The translations under genes were made by a program, and so were the position numbers. The notes under the pieces are model-generated. The model had not been told where the DNA came from and did not search any database. It saw nothing but the letters and a program-made list of their open reading frames with translations. A stretch of 64,000 nucleotides of DNA from Rhizophagus irregularis (lineage: Eukaryota): positions 5,208,001 to 5,272,000 of the forward strand of contig NC_089429.1 of the NCBI RefSeq assembly GCF_026210795.1, read 5' to 3'. Positions within the stretch are counted from its first letter, which is position 1. Every line of letters begins with the position of its first letter. Shown here one piece after another: positions 1-11,688 of the stretch.

Positions 1-990
1 CAAATTTTTTTTAATGGGCATGTCGATGATGAAAAGATTAAAGCTGATATCGAAGAGGTAAATTTCAACATCACCATCATTTCTTTTTAAAAATTACTTA
101 TTATTACTCAAAATTAGGAATGGTTTAAAAGATGAAGCCATTCATTATTTGAATATAACGAATTTAATGACATTGAAGAAATCGGTAAAGGAAATGTGAT
201 ATTGTAAATAGGGCGGTAATCAATAATAGAATTCAATTTGCGTTTAAAAGACTTATCGATAAGAGAACTTTAAAGATCGAAGAGGATGATAAAAAAAAGA
301 TTGTAAATGAGGTAAGAAATTTATTTAAATAAATTTTAGCGTAAGGAGTGACATTATATTAAATTACAATTTTAATCTATTATAACCATTATTCTTTACT
401 TAGTTAAATCTTGTTCGTATGGTTGTTTTCATCAAAATGTCAATAGTTTTCTTGAATCTCCATTTTTCATTCATCAATAATCTTTTAAATTACCTTCGTT
501 GACATATTCTAATACTTTAGTATAATTCTTAATATCATCTATTCATTTAAATATAATTGATTTAATAAGGTATTAATTATAAAAAATTTCAACACAAATA
601 AAAGGATAAGATTTGTAAACCAATAATTTATTTTTATAATACGCTGTTTAAAGTATTGTTTCTTTTTAATTGCAAACTTTGGATATATATCAGATATCTG
701 AGTATATATTTACCATAATGTTATAATAAAATAAATCTGATATTTATAGTTTAGATGTTTTACTTTGGAAATTACAAGCGGACGTCACCAAAGTACCTTT
801 GCATTATGTCATCACGTTGGTGATGGCCATAGAGAAAAACCTATTGAAGGGTATCAACAACTTTTATTAATAATGTTTCGTCCGAGCCAAGATCTGACAT
901 TAATCAAGTTTTATGATGAAATTATAAGTTTAATCAACGAACAAAGGTTTCTTATACAAGTGACTGTACAGACTAAAACAATTAAGTTTT
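1..990 (+). pseudogene. Decayed MLKL-like kinase gene fragment (5' part outside window)
   Basis: gatgatgaaaagattaaagctgatatcgaagag|gta and ttag|gaatgg match the exon1/exon2 junction of the gene at 36230-41271. Later YSL..LWEITSGR and REKPIEG remnants; frameshifts and stops throughout. Confidence 0.75.
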
Positions 991-1559
991 AAATAAGTTG
1001 GTCATATTAATAATTTATATATATTTACTAAATTTTTTTAAATTTTTAAATATTCAAATATTACTATTAGCGAGAGTTTGATGTATCATAAATTGACTAC
1101 ATTAATTAGTAGAAAATTTTACGGTGGGTATAGTTTATTGATTTCAAAAGTAATATTGTGATTTTGATGTATAAAAGTTCATAAAGTTTTTATCTATAAA
1201 TAAATTACACACATTTTTTTTATATTTATTATTTTCTTAATTGAATCCAATAATACCATAACGGCATAACCTGTATTTTCTTCAAAATATACTTTGTTTT
1301 GGATGATGAAGCAACATGAAACCGGTTTAATTGCTTGGAATGGAATTCTCTTTGTTGCATTTTGTTTCTTCAATCCATCTAATTAATTTTCTGTATATTT
1401 CTTATATTTATCAAACGTATTTTATATACTTTTTTAATCGGAACCGACGGTTAAGTATGAAGCTATTTATCATATACTGTTGCTATTTGGTAGAAAAAAA
1501 ATCAAACCTTGATAAATATAGATAAGATTTTAAATTTGTAAAATACTAGAAAATTACTA

Positions 1560-1756
1560 CAGTGACACCTCTCTAAGTGCACCCTCCTTGGGACCATAGT
1601 AAAAAAATAGTAGAATGTGCACTTAGAGAGGGTGTGCATTTATAGAGAGTAAAATATTAAGAGCTCTTATAAGTTGGGACCAGGCCCACCGTGCACTTAA
1701 AGAGAATTTATATAGTGCGTGCACTTATAGAGGGTGCACTTATAGAGGTGTCACTG
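1560..1756. mobile_element. Tc1/mariner-pogo type MITE (197 bp)
   Basis: TIR CAGTGACACCTCT(C/A)TAAGTGCACCCTC at both ends, TA on both flanks (1558-1559, 1757-1758), no ORF. Confidence 0.9.
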
Positions 1757-2451
1757 TACTAGTTTATATTGTAAATAATTTCTTCGTAACTTTATAGTCA
1801 ACTATTACCAAAACAATTGATTTGTTCGATTTGGTCATCTAATAAAATAACATTTAATTTTAGATAAAATTACTCACAGATCACACTAATGTTACTTTTT
1901 GGCGAACAAAATTTTTTTTATTCAGTTAACGTTAATCACGTTTTTTTCATTATAATACTGTTCGATCGTACCATTGTTAAAAATTTTTCTTAATAAAGAT
2001 AAAGTAATTCTCATTCTCAATTACAACACAATAATAAATATACCATAATGTTAATTTTAGTTGTTACAATTGTTAAAAGCTATAATAAAGTTTAAATGTT
2101 AGTTTGTTAAAACTTTATTTTAAAGTTAAAATTTTGTATACAATACGTATCCGATAACAATACATTCCAAAATTGGTTTCATTATATATAATAAGAAATT
2201 TTTAAAATGAAAAGTCCATTTCAACATTGTTTTAATTATAATTCTGTTAAAATCCATTAGTAAAAAATTTTATAGTTGGGATTAATTTTAAAGCAAAACA
2301 TTATTTTACTCATATTATTGCGGTTACAAGAAAAAATGGAATACTAAAAGTTACAATTTACAGTACTGCTTTTATTGATCAGTATAAATTTTATTTATAT
2401 AAATTAAGAATTTATCAGATACATATATAAAATAAAAATAAACGACGTAAT

Positions 2452-5400
2452 TCAATCTTCTTCAGCGTTTGAATTTGGTCTGCAAAAAAGATTTAATATC
2501 AGACATAATTCTAGTAGTAACTTACTGTGTTAAATCGATTTTTACTGAAATAACTGAATTAACTGAATCATATCCTTTTTCGTCAAAAGTTTTTAATCAG
2601 AGACTACAAAATAGTTTAAATTTTATTAATCTTTTTAATTAAAAACAAAAAAATAACCAAATAAGCAAATATATAAATAAATGTAAACAAACTCTGTAAA
2701 ATCAATAATTTCTGCTGTTCCTACTGATGATGATGAAGAAATACTTATATTATCATCATCATATTTTGGAAGAGCGTTCATTTCAAGATTTGCTTTTCTG
2801 TATTCTTCTGCTTCTTTAAATTGCTTTTTAATTTCTTCACTTTCTTCTAATTTAAATGTGCAAATCAATTCTTCTATCTCAATAGCACTTGGTCTTTTAT
2901 CTGGATCTGGATCCCAACACACCTTCATTAAGTCAATATAACATTTTGGTGCTATTTTCTCGTTAACTTCAGGTCTAATCCCATTACATATATTTAATGC
3001 TAGAACCGAATCGTGAGCATAATTGGCAAAAGGTTCTCTTCCTGACGCTATAACATACATAATCATACCAAAACTATATATATCTGCTGCTTGTTTATAA
3101 GGTTTACCTCTTAATACCTCAGGAGCTACATAAGGCATAAGTCCATAAATTTTAGTTTTGTCTATATTACTAACTTCTCCACATAATTCCATACTTGAAA
3201 TATATACATTGAAATTCCGTACATTATTTGTTGAAATTAATAAATTTCCTGTATGAAGATCACGGTGAACCATCTGCTTTTGATGAATTTCTTTAAGGCC
3301 TTGAATAACATCGAGTAATGCTTTTAATTTAAGTGACCAACTGAATTCCTTATAATTATCATTAAGCCAACCATAAAGACTTCCACCTTCTGCATAGTAA
3401 AAAATCAATATATAATTTCCTGTATTTAGATCTTGAGATATTCCATATATATCGATAATAAATCTAGTATTTAATTTTAAATATGCTTTAACCTATAAAA
3501 ACATAAAAACGTAAAAATATTAGATAAATTAAAAAATTAAAAAAGGTGTAAATTCTAAAATTCATCATGAAATTACATACCTCATTCAGAAACTCATTGG
3601 TGATGTTCTGAGAGTTATGCAAACATTTTAGGGCAACTTTTTTATTGGGATTTCTTATCCATTCCTTTTTATCGTAAAGGTAGTATAATGGACCATCCTT
3701 CCATATTGCCGAATATACTGTAGAAAAACCACCTTTTCCTATTTCTTTAATTTCATTAAATTGATTATATGGTATCCATTCAAATACTATACCATTTGGA
3801 TTATCAATTTTTAATTGAGTTTCTTGAATTAAACCATCAATTTTTTCATTTCCACTGGTCCACTTTGTAAAATTTTCTTTTAAATAATTTATTTGACATC
3901 GTTTACACCATTCATATTTCGCATTTAAATCATCTATATATTGTCTATCACATTTTTCACAATGTTCACTTGGAAAAACCATAATGTAATCATTTGTATA
4001 AGGATTTTGAGATATTCCATATATTTTAAGGATGTTATTTAAATAATTAATTGAATATTTTTTAACCTATGAAAACGTAAAAACTAATATTAGATACAGC
4101 TAAAAAGTAATTATACTAGCTAATTCATAAAATATTTACCTCATCAACAAATTCGTTAGTAATAGTTTTTGAGTTATAATACGGTTTTAAAGCGACTTTT
4201 TTATCTGATACTCTTGTTAATTCTTTTTTAACATAACTGTAACTTAATGGACCATCTTTCCATATTGCTGAATAAATCGTGAAATAATCACTTCTTATTT
4301 CTTTAACATCATTAAATTGATTATATGGTATCCATTCGAATACTATATTACTTAAATTGTTAATTTTTAATTGCATCTCTTGAATAAAATTATCAATCTT
4401 TTCGTCTTTACTGGTCCAATTTGTGAAATTATTTCTTAAATCATTTATTTGACATAGATTACACCATTTATATAATGTATCTATATATTTTATACCACAT
4501 TTTACACACTTTTCACAATATTCGTTTTGGAGAACCATAATATAATCGCTTGTATTAGGATTTTGAGATATCCCATATATTTTAAAATTATTATCATAAT
4601 AATCAATTGAATATGGTTTAACCTATTAGTAAGTAAATAAAAAATTATTATGAAGCTAAGAAAAGGTACATAGAATAAATTATAGATAATTCATACCTCA
4701 TTTAGAAATTCATTAGTCGAATCATGTAGATTCTCAAAACGTTTTAAAATAACTTTTTTATTTGGTTCTCTCGCCCAACCAGTCATATATTCATAATACA
4801 ATGGACCATCCTTCCATATTGCTAAATAGATTGTAGCGAAACCACCTTTGCTTATCTCATTAATTTCGTCAAATTGATCGTATGGTATCCATTCAAACAC
4901 AATAGTACATGGATTATTAATTTTTAATTGCATTTCTTGAATATAACTATCAATTTCTTCATTTTCACTGATACGGGTTGTAAAATTTTCTTTTAAATAA
5001 TCCACATGACATGAATTACACCATTTATATTCTGTACTAGAATATAATTTACCACATTTTTTACAACATTTTTCAAAATATTCATCATGAAGAACCATAA
5101 TATAATCTTTCGTATCAGGAGTTTGGGATATTCCGTATATTTTAAGGGCATTATTCAAATAATTGATTGAATATGTTCTAACCTATCGAAATTTAAAAAC
5201 AACTATTATTAAATAAGATTAAAAAAAACTAATTAAATAATCGTAAAAAAAAAAAATTTACATGCCTCATTTAAAAATACGTTAATGATATTTTGAGAGT
5301 TGTTATGTAAACATTTTAAAATAACTTTTTTATTCGATACTTTCGTTAATTCTTTTTTAAAATAACTATAATGAGATGGGCCATCCTTCCATATTGCTGA

Positions 5401-5664
5401 ATATACTGTAGTAAAATCATTTGTTCCTACTTCTTCAACATCATCAAACTGATTGTATGGAATCCATCCAAATAATATATCATTCGGATCATTGATTTTT
5501 GATTGAATTTCTTGAATTAATACATCAATTTTTTCGTTTCCACTTGTAAAGTTTTCTAAATATTTTACTTGACATATTTTGCACCATTCATACTCTGCGT
5601 TTAAATCATTTGTGTATTGTTCATCACATTCTTTGCACTTTCTGTCATAGTTTTTGGAGGACAT
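2452..5664 (-). CDS. TKL-like protein kinase with four tandem Cys-rich + N-lobe modules and one C-lobe; probably pseudokinase or decaying gene
   Basis: Four exons each encode CxxC..WCxxC, FEWIPY, W.DGP and V(A/I)LK, ending NE| or DE|. The exon 3492-2693 has HRDLHTGN, YVAPE, DIYSFG and CW..P..RP. DFG-equivalent reads SME; intron 1 has a GC donor; in-frame TGA at 2597-2599 in the tail. Confidence 0.8.
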
Positions 5665-5743
5665 TATGATTTGAAGTTTCTCAATTACGAATTCCGTTAT
5701 ATTTATTTATAAGAAAATAAATTGTAAAACTCACACTGCAGAT

Positions 5744-5761
5744 CGGAAAAATTATGGCCCG
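5744..5761. promoter_or_regulatory. Candidate CGG-N12-CCG upstream motif, copy 1
   Basis: CGGAAAAATTATGGCCCG 80 bp upstream of ATG 5664; near-identical copies at 11515 and 36112. Confidence 0.4.
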
Positions 5762-5849
5762 AAAAAAAAAATATGGCGCGTCAGGTTTGTTACACGAATA
5801 ATATTAGAAGTTCCACAAAATTTAAAATTAGAAATTTAAAATACATAAC

Positions 5850-6434
5850 CGCCGATCTGCAGAATGCATGTGATAATTTTTGGGTCTCAGTCATGCAGTC
5901 CAGTGATTCGCTTAGTAGTCCGATTGTTGATCTAACACGAATTTTGTTTTTTTTGTTATTTGCTTTATAATAAGAGTTATTAAAAAAAAAAATTTAATTT
6001 AATGAGATAATGGTTGTAGTAGAATTTGTAATAAGCTAATGCAAAATGTATTCATAGATATAGTATACATCACTAGGAACCTCTTACTACAATAAATTAA
6101 GATGCAAGCATTCCATTAAAAATACTACTTACATGAGCTGCTTATAAAATTCTTCGTTTTATTGTATAAAAATATTTATTTAAGTTTACAACTAATTTTA
6201 ATTTGTTAATTGTAAAGTTTTAATAAATATTTAAATATAAGAAAAAAAATAAAATGTAGATCAGTCACGTAAATTTTGTTCACAGTTAACTCAGTCCGAT
6301 GGTATCGAAGTCCAATTCGGTCTGCATGACTGTTCTAAAAATTATTACCGGACTCAAAAGATCATCAGACCGGACACCGTAGGGTATAACTTGGGTTTTT
6401 ATATATTATCAGTTATGCATTCTACAGATCGGCG
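5850..6434. mobile_element. Old degenerate TIR element
   Basis: CGCCGATCTGCAGAATGCAT..TGATAAT (about 5850) is an imperfect reverse complement of about 6405-6434. A second inverted pair is CAGTCATGCAG (5888) / CTGCATGACTG (6322). No TSD identified. Confidence 0.45.
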
Positions 6435-6468
6435 ATCGGCGGATATGATTTTTTTTTTCTTAACGTTA

Positions 6469-6655
6469 CAGCTGTTTTCATAAGACCTGGGACAAAATAA
6501 ATTTTTGAACCCGACCGCCGACCCACCGATCCGGTTCAGTTGTTATTTATTTTACAAATCAAACTATCAAATCAGGATCGCGTGCCCAGCTAAAAATACC
6601 GGATCGGCGGATCGGCGGATCGGGTTCAAAAATTCAGGTCTTATGAAAACAGCTG
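6469..6655. mobile_element. MITE (187 bp) with TA TSD
   Basis: Perfect 21 bp TIR CAGCTGTTTTCATAAGACCTG, TA on both flanks, inverted GC-rich internal CCGATCCG repeats. Confidence 0.9.
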
Positions 6656-6682
6656 TAAATAAAAAAAAAAATAATAATTTAC

Positions 6683-7330
6683 ATTCGTAACTAATTACGA
6701 TTATCGATGAAATAAATATGTCAATTCTTGCAGCAATTTCTCAATTATTAAAAGGTTCCTGTATAAGCATAACATTTTTTTTTTTTGCTTATTTACGTCA
6801 ATACGTGACAATGATAAGGAAATAATTTCAACAATTTTTTCTAGGAATGGATCAAGTGAAATAGAAGACGAAAGACATTAATTATTTTGAATATAACGAA
6901 TTTTAGCGAATTTAAAAAAAAATTGGAGAATTTAGTGTTGTCAATAAAGCAGAAACTAATGATAAAAATAAGTTCTCATCAAAAAGAAGGTAAGAATTGG
7001 AATTAAATTCTTTATAGTTTATTGTGTGTATGAAATAAAAAATTAATGTAATCCTTTCTTTCATTAAAATTTTCGAAGGATAGTTTTCACTATAATATTA
7101 TTAGTTTTCTTGGAATATCAAAAAGGTTGCGTTAAGATTGTAAAAAAATAGAATAAATAAATTTCTATCTAGAATGCATAGATAAGGAATTTAGTAGCTT
7201 ATTCGAAGAAAAGTTGAAAAAATTTAAGAAAGAAAAATTCATTAGAGAAAGAATAAGTTCAAATGAGATTGAATGTGAGTTAGTTATTTAAAAAACATAA
7301 TCATAGACTTCATAAAATCAGCAAATTTAT
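6683..7330 (+). pseudogene. Decayed MLKL-like kinase relic
   Basis: tag|gaatggatcaa, tattttgaatataacgaattt, agttttcttggaatatcaaaa and cataatcatagactt remnants match intact paralog exons; many indels. Confidence 0.7.
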
Positions 7331-8709
7331 TTGATATATATTTTGATTAAATTCTCCGCTATCTTATAAATAAGGATGCTAAATTACATCCAAAAAGAAC
7401 GTCAACGCCAGGACGCATACGAAAAATTTTGAGAGAACATCACCAACTAAATGATCAACTGAAAAAAAATAGTCAACCCGTTAAACATATCAACTACTAT
7501 CCAAAATATTTCAAAAATAAACGTTATAGAAAGTCCTTACAAAACGCCACTTCAATTCAATAAACGTCAGTGCATTCGTCTCAAATGAATAAACGCAGTA
7601 ATCATTCACATTCCATACAACATACATCAAATCAAGAAAATAATAAAAATATTTCTAATTCAACTTCTCCACCGGTTACCTAGAATAAACAAAGTCCTTC
7701 CCGTCTGGCTGGAACTCTTACATTAATATACCAGTAGGTGTTTTTAACAAAGATTTCTTACCCTTATATATGGTATCCACCCAGACATAGACAGTCGGTG
7801 GTGGCATTGATAGAAATGAATTATCGAGCTTTCCACGCAAAAAGTAACCCTGATAGCAAGATCAACAAGAAATGACGTAAAATCCACATGGAAATCCACA
7901 TCAATATAGTGAAATTATGTGGAAATCTGAATAGTTCCCAATATTTTCCAAATCCAAATACCCTGTGACGAAACACATGGTATTTTCCACAAAATTTTAC
8001 GTGGATCCACGTAGGATATATGGGAATGTATGGAATACCACATATTTCTGAACTAATCCATATGGAATTACGTGAACCGATCTACCTAAAAATTTCATCG
8101 AACAATTTTCACAAAAAAGTTAACTGTAATAGCTGAAATGATTATGGAATGAATGTAGTTGAGGAATTAGTCAAATGCAATAAAAATTTCTCAATTAGAC
8201 AGTCTCATGTAGTGAAAGATAAAAAAGTTTATTGAAAATAAAATTTTGGTAGCTAAAATATCAATATAATACAAAAAACAACGACTAGTCGACTGCTATA
8301 ATGAAAATACAAGTTTCGTAATTGTCGGGATAAAAAAAATTTACTTTTTTATTTATAGGTAACTTTTTTTCGGAATTTTCATTCATGTCATTATTACTCT
8401 TGGGTTCTTGAAATAAAACTACTGTAAAGAGTTTCTGCTAATATAATTATTAGTTAATATGTTTAGTTTATTTATGATAACTCATTTTTTCTCGTTGTCT
8501 TTTCAAACTTGAAACCCTAGCTAATAATATATAAATTTTAAGTAATTTATTATTCTAAGAATTTATACGAATAATTATTATTAAACTTGCTTGTTTTAGT
8601 TGTTTTAATCTTATTTAAAGTATATAGTCTGATTGTAGTAGATACTGCTAAATTGGTATGGCTAGTATTATTAGGATTAAATTGATCGAATCCACAGACT
8701 TGATTAATA

Positions 8710-8780
8710 TAACATTTTGATAAAGCTGTTGATACTCTAAAGGTGTACCTTCATGTATTAAGCGCACGATCCAGAGAAGA
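8710..8780 (-). pseudogene. Small kinase C-lobe relic
   Basis: Reverse complement encodes EGTPLEYQQLYQ, as in the intact paralogs (DGTPLEYQQLYEKCW). Confidence 0.55.
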
Positions 8781-9499
8781 TAAAATCATCTGTACGTTTC
8801 GGTAGAGTTAGTGTTGAGGGCGTTGATGTAAATAGCGAAAGTTATTTGTACAATTTGGTAAGGCTGTCCAAATGTAACATTCGGTTAGGATACTTCTTAA
8901 ATGATGTGCCACCTTTTGGCGTAGTAATTTTGCTTTTTTCTTGTTTCCGTGGAAAAAATTTCCTGATGTTTCAACTAAGAAATAGCTATTTTTAATTAAT
9001 TCGTGGAAAGTGACTTCTATTTTTACTCCTTCACCTAATTGAGCAATATCTAACAGTTTAGGTGTTTTACTTAGTAATAGTTACGGATGTAATATTGTAT
9101 GAAATATCCAGGTAGTTACTGATCAAAACAGACTTCGGTAACATGGGATATAGCCGATATACGAAGTGTTTAGGGGAGTTCATTTATACTGTTTTTTTTT
9201 TTTGCTTTCTTACATTGTTTTTATTTTTCAATTTTATTTGTATAAATAAAGTATAACGCTGTTTATGTTAAAAAGTGAAATAATTGAGAAGGATAAATCA
9301 TGAAGAGTAATGAATAGAATGTAAATGATGATAAGAGTAGAATGAAAAGAAAATGGACTCAGCTGTACAAAAAACAAAAAATGGGCTGAAACATTCATGA
9401 ATTAAAAAAAGTTTGCTGTTATGTAAAGAGTCATTAGTGTTTAAATATACGAAAATATTTTGCCTATTTATTTGTTCGCCAAGCATATTGTAAATAGTG

Positions 9500-9946
9500 A
9501 TTGTATCCGGTAAGTATTCGGATAAAAAAATCCGTCACCGTTATATCCGGATATCTGTTTTAAATAACCGGATAGCATCCGGATAAATCCGTTAATTTCG
9601 CGGATTGCTAAAGGATTTTTTTAATGGATATCTGAAAATGATCCGTCAATATCATGTATCAATTGTATAAATTTTAAAGCCAAGTAATTTAATTAGTATT
9701 AATTGTTTAGTAAGAGTTAAATAAAATAAAAAAGAAATCAGTCACGGACTTAAACACGAGTTTGAGTATAAGTAAGAATTAAGTCACAAACTAATATAAT
9801 CCAAAAAATTTAATTGGTAAACGGGTGTATCCGGGTCACGCGATACTCATCCGGATACCCGTCAACTAAAAAAAAAACCTATCCGGATATCTATTTTCCT
9901 TTAGCTTAACTGGATATGCTGAATCCGTTGTTCTGTTGGTGTAGTG
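9500..9946 (-). mobile_element. Possible single CACTA/EnSpm terminus with subterminal repeats
   Basis: Reverse strand starts CACTACACCAACAGAAC at 9946; many ATCCGGATA-like motifs in 9505-9920; no partner end seen. Confidence 0.4.
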
Positions 9947-11106
9947 ATTTGGGTTATATTTACTTTTTATTGGAATGAACATAATGAAGTATTAAAAGTA
10001 GATTACGTTATAAATTTTTACAAGTTTCGAGCTATTTATAATAAAAAATGATTAACTAGTTATCATGTGATGTTTTATATCCATTCGATTAAATACTTTA
10101 AGATTTTAATTATTTTGCAACAATTTATATTCAAAATCTCAATAAACATTATTATTTCAATACAATAACCTCACAAAAATTACTAAGCGCTCAATACACC
10201 CAATGGCACCAAAAAAAAATTAACTCATCCACACAATCACTAGATCAACTTACTTAAACAAAGCTTTATTGCTAATTAATTACTTTCATTTTTCTCCTTT
10301 TCCCTCTCGCTCAATATAGATACATAAATAGAAGAGGGCAGCACAGCACTTCAATACGATATATCATCAAATTTTACTTGTGGGTTTAACTCACATCACC
10401 TGACGATTCATACTTAAATTGAATTCGTAAAAATGGGTTAAAAAAAAATAATATTTATAAAAAAATTTATTCATTACATTACTACAGGTAATAAAATTTG
10501 TATAATAAAATTTATTTATTATGGCAGTTACCTAATTGGAAACAATGTTTTGAGAAAAACACATAGTATAATTAAATTGGTTATAAAAAGTCCCAAAAAA
10601 TGTTTATAAAAAATAAAACGCTGGTTTATTTTTTCTAATTAGCTAATATTTATCTATATAAAAAAATTTTATTGTTACCGACGAAAAGAAAATAACTTTT
10701 TAAAATTTTTTTTTTTTATTTATTTGTAAATAAGAAAAAGTAATTTTACCAGTTTTTTAGGTAACAACTTATTATACGATCATATAACTAGAAAATTCAA
10801 AGCGAAATGTTTACAACTATATTAGTATAATGGTTTTGTACGCCCATATACAGTATTAAACTATATTTGTAAAAATTTTCAATTTATACTCATTTGTCTA
10901 CCAATTTTGTTGGAATAAAAATGCTGATAAAGTTGCTTCTTCATAATCTTAAAACTTTGCAAAAAATTAATTTTGTTTAATTTTCTACATTATAATTTTT
11001 TATATAGAAAAAGTGAACATTTTAATTAAAGGTTGTGTGTAATACGATGGAAAATTTTATGTTTATATAAAATAATACCTAATTGGGTTTTGATTCGTAA
11101 ATTCAT

Positions 11107-11305
11107 CCCTATAAAAAATTTTTATCCGAATATTTCCATTATTTCTCCGTGTCTTCCGTAAAAATTCCGTGAAAATGATACATTCACGGATATCCGTGTT
11201 AGCGAGATGAAAATTTCCATGATTTAAGGCTATAAATTCCATGAAAATGATACATTTACGGAAAAAACATGGAAAGATAAAACACGGATCAGATTTTTTA
11301 CAGGG
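11107..11305. mobile_element. MITE-like repeat, copy 1
   Basis: Short TIR CCCT(A/G)TAAAAAAT; body is the reverse complement of 18027-18204. Confidence 0.7.
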
Positions 11306-11514
11306 CATACAAAGACTTTTTATAAAGTTTTTTAGATAATTAAAATTTTTAAAGTTTAAGGATATTATTATTATATAGGCTCTTGGCTATCTAACCATAT
11401 AAAATATATCCTACCCTATAATTTACGTATAAAATTTTACTTTGTACTGAAAACTAGCATTATGCTTATCATAGTAAATTATGACATCATGCATTCTACC
11501 TAGATCGGGTACAT

Positions 11515-11532
11515 CGGAAAAACAATAGCCCG
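11515..11532. promoter_or_regulatory. Candidate CGG-N12-CCG upstream motif, copy 2
   Basis: CGGAAAAACAATAGCCCG about 157 bp upstream of the Sel1-kinase ATG. Confidence 0.4.
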
Positions 11533-11688
11533 AAAAAAATTTATTTGTTTTGTAACATCCCACTTTTGGTTAAAACATTCCTTTTTAGTAATTCATTCAT
11601 AATAAATTGAAATAAAAAAAAATTGTCTAAAAAAAACCCGTCTATAAAATAAAATTTTTTTCTAGTAAATAAATTTCTAAAATTATCA

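Noticed and set aside
6505..6690. 61-aa ORF (similarly 11063-11308)
   Set aside because: They lie within non-coding MITEs.
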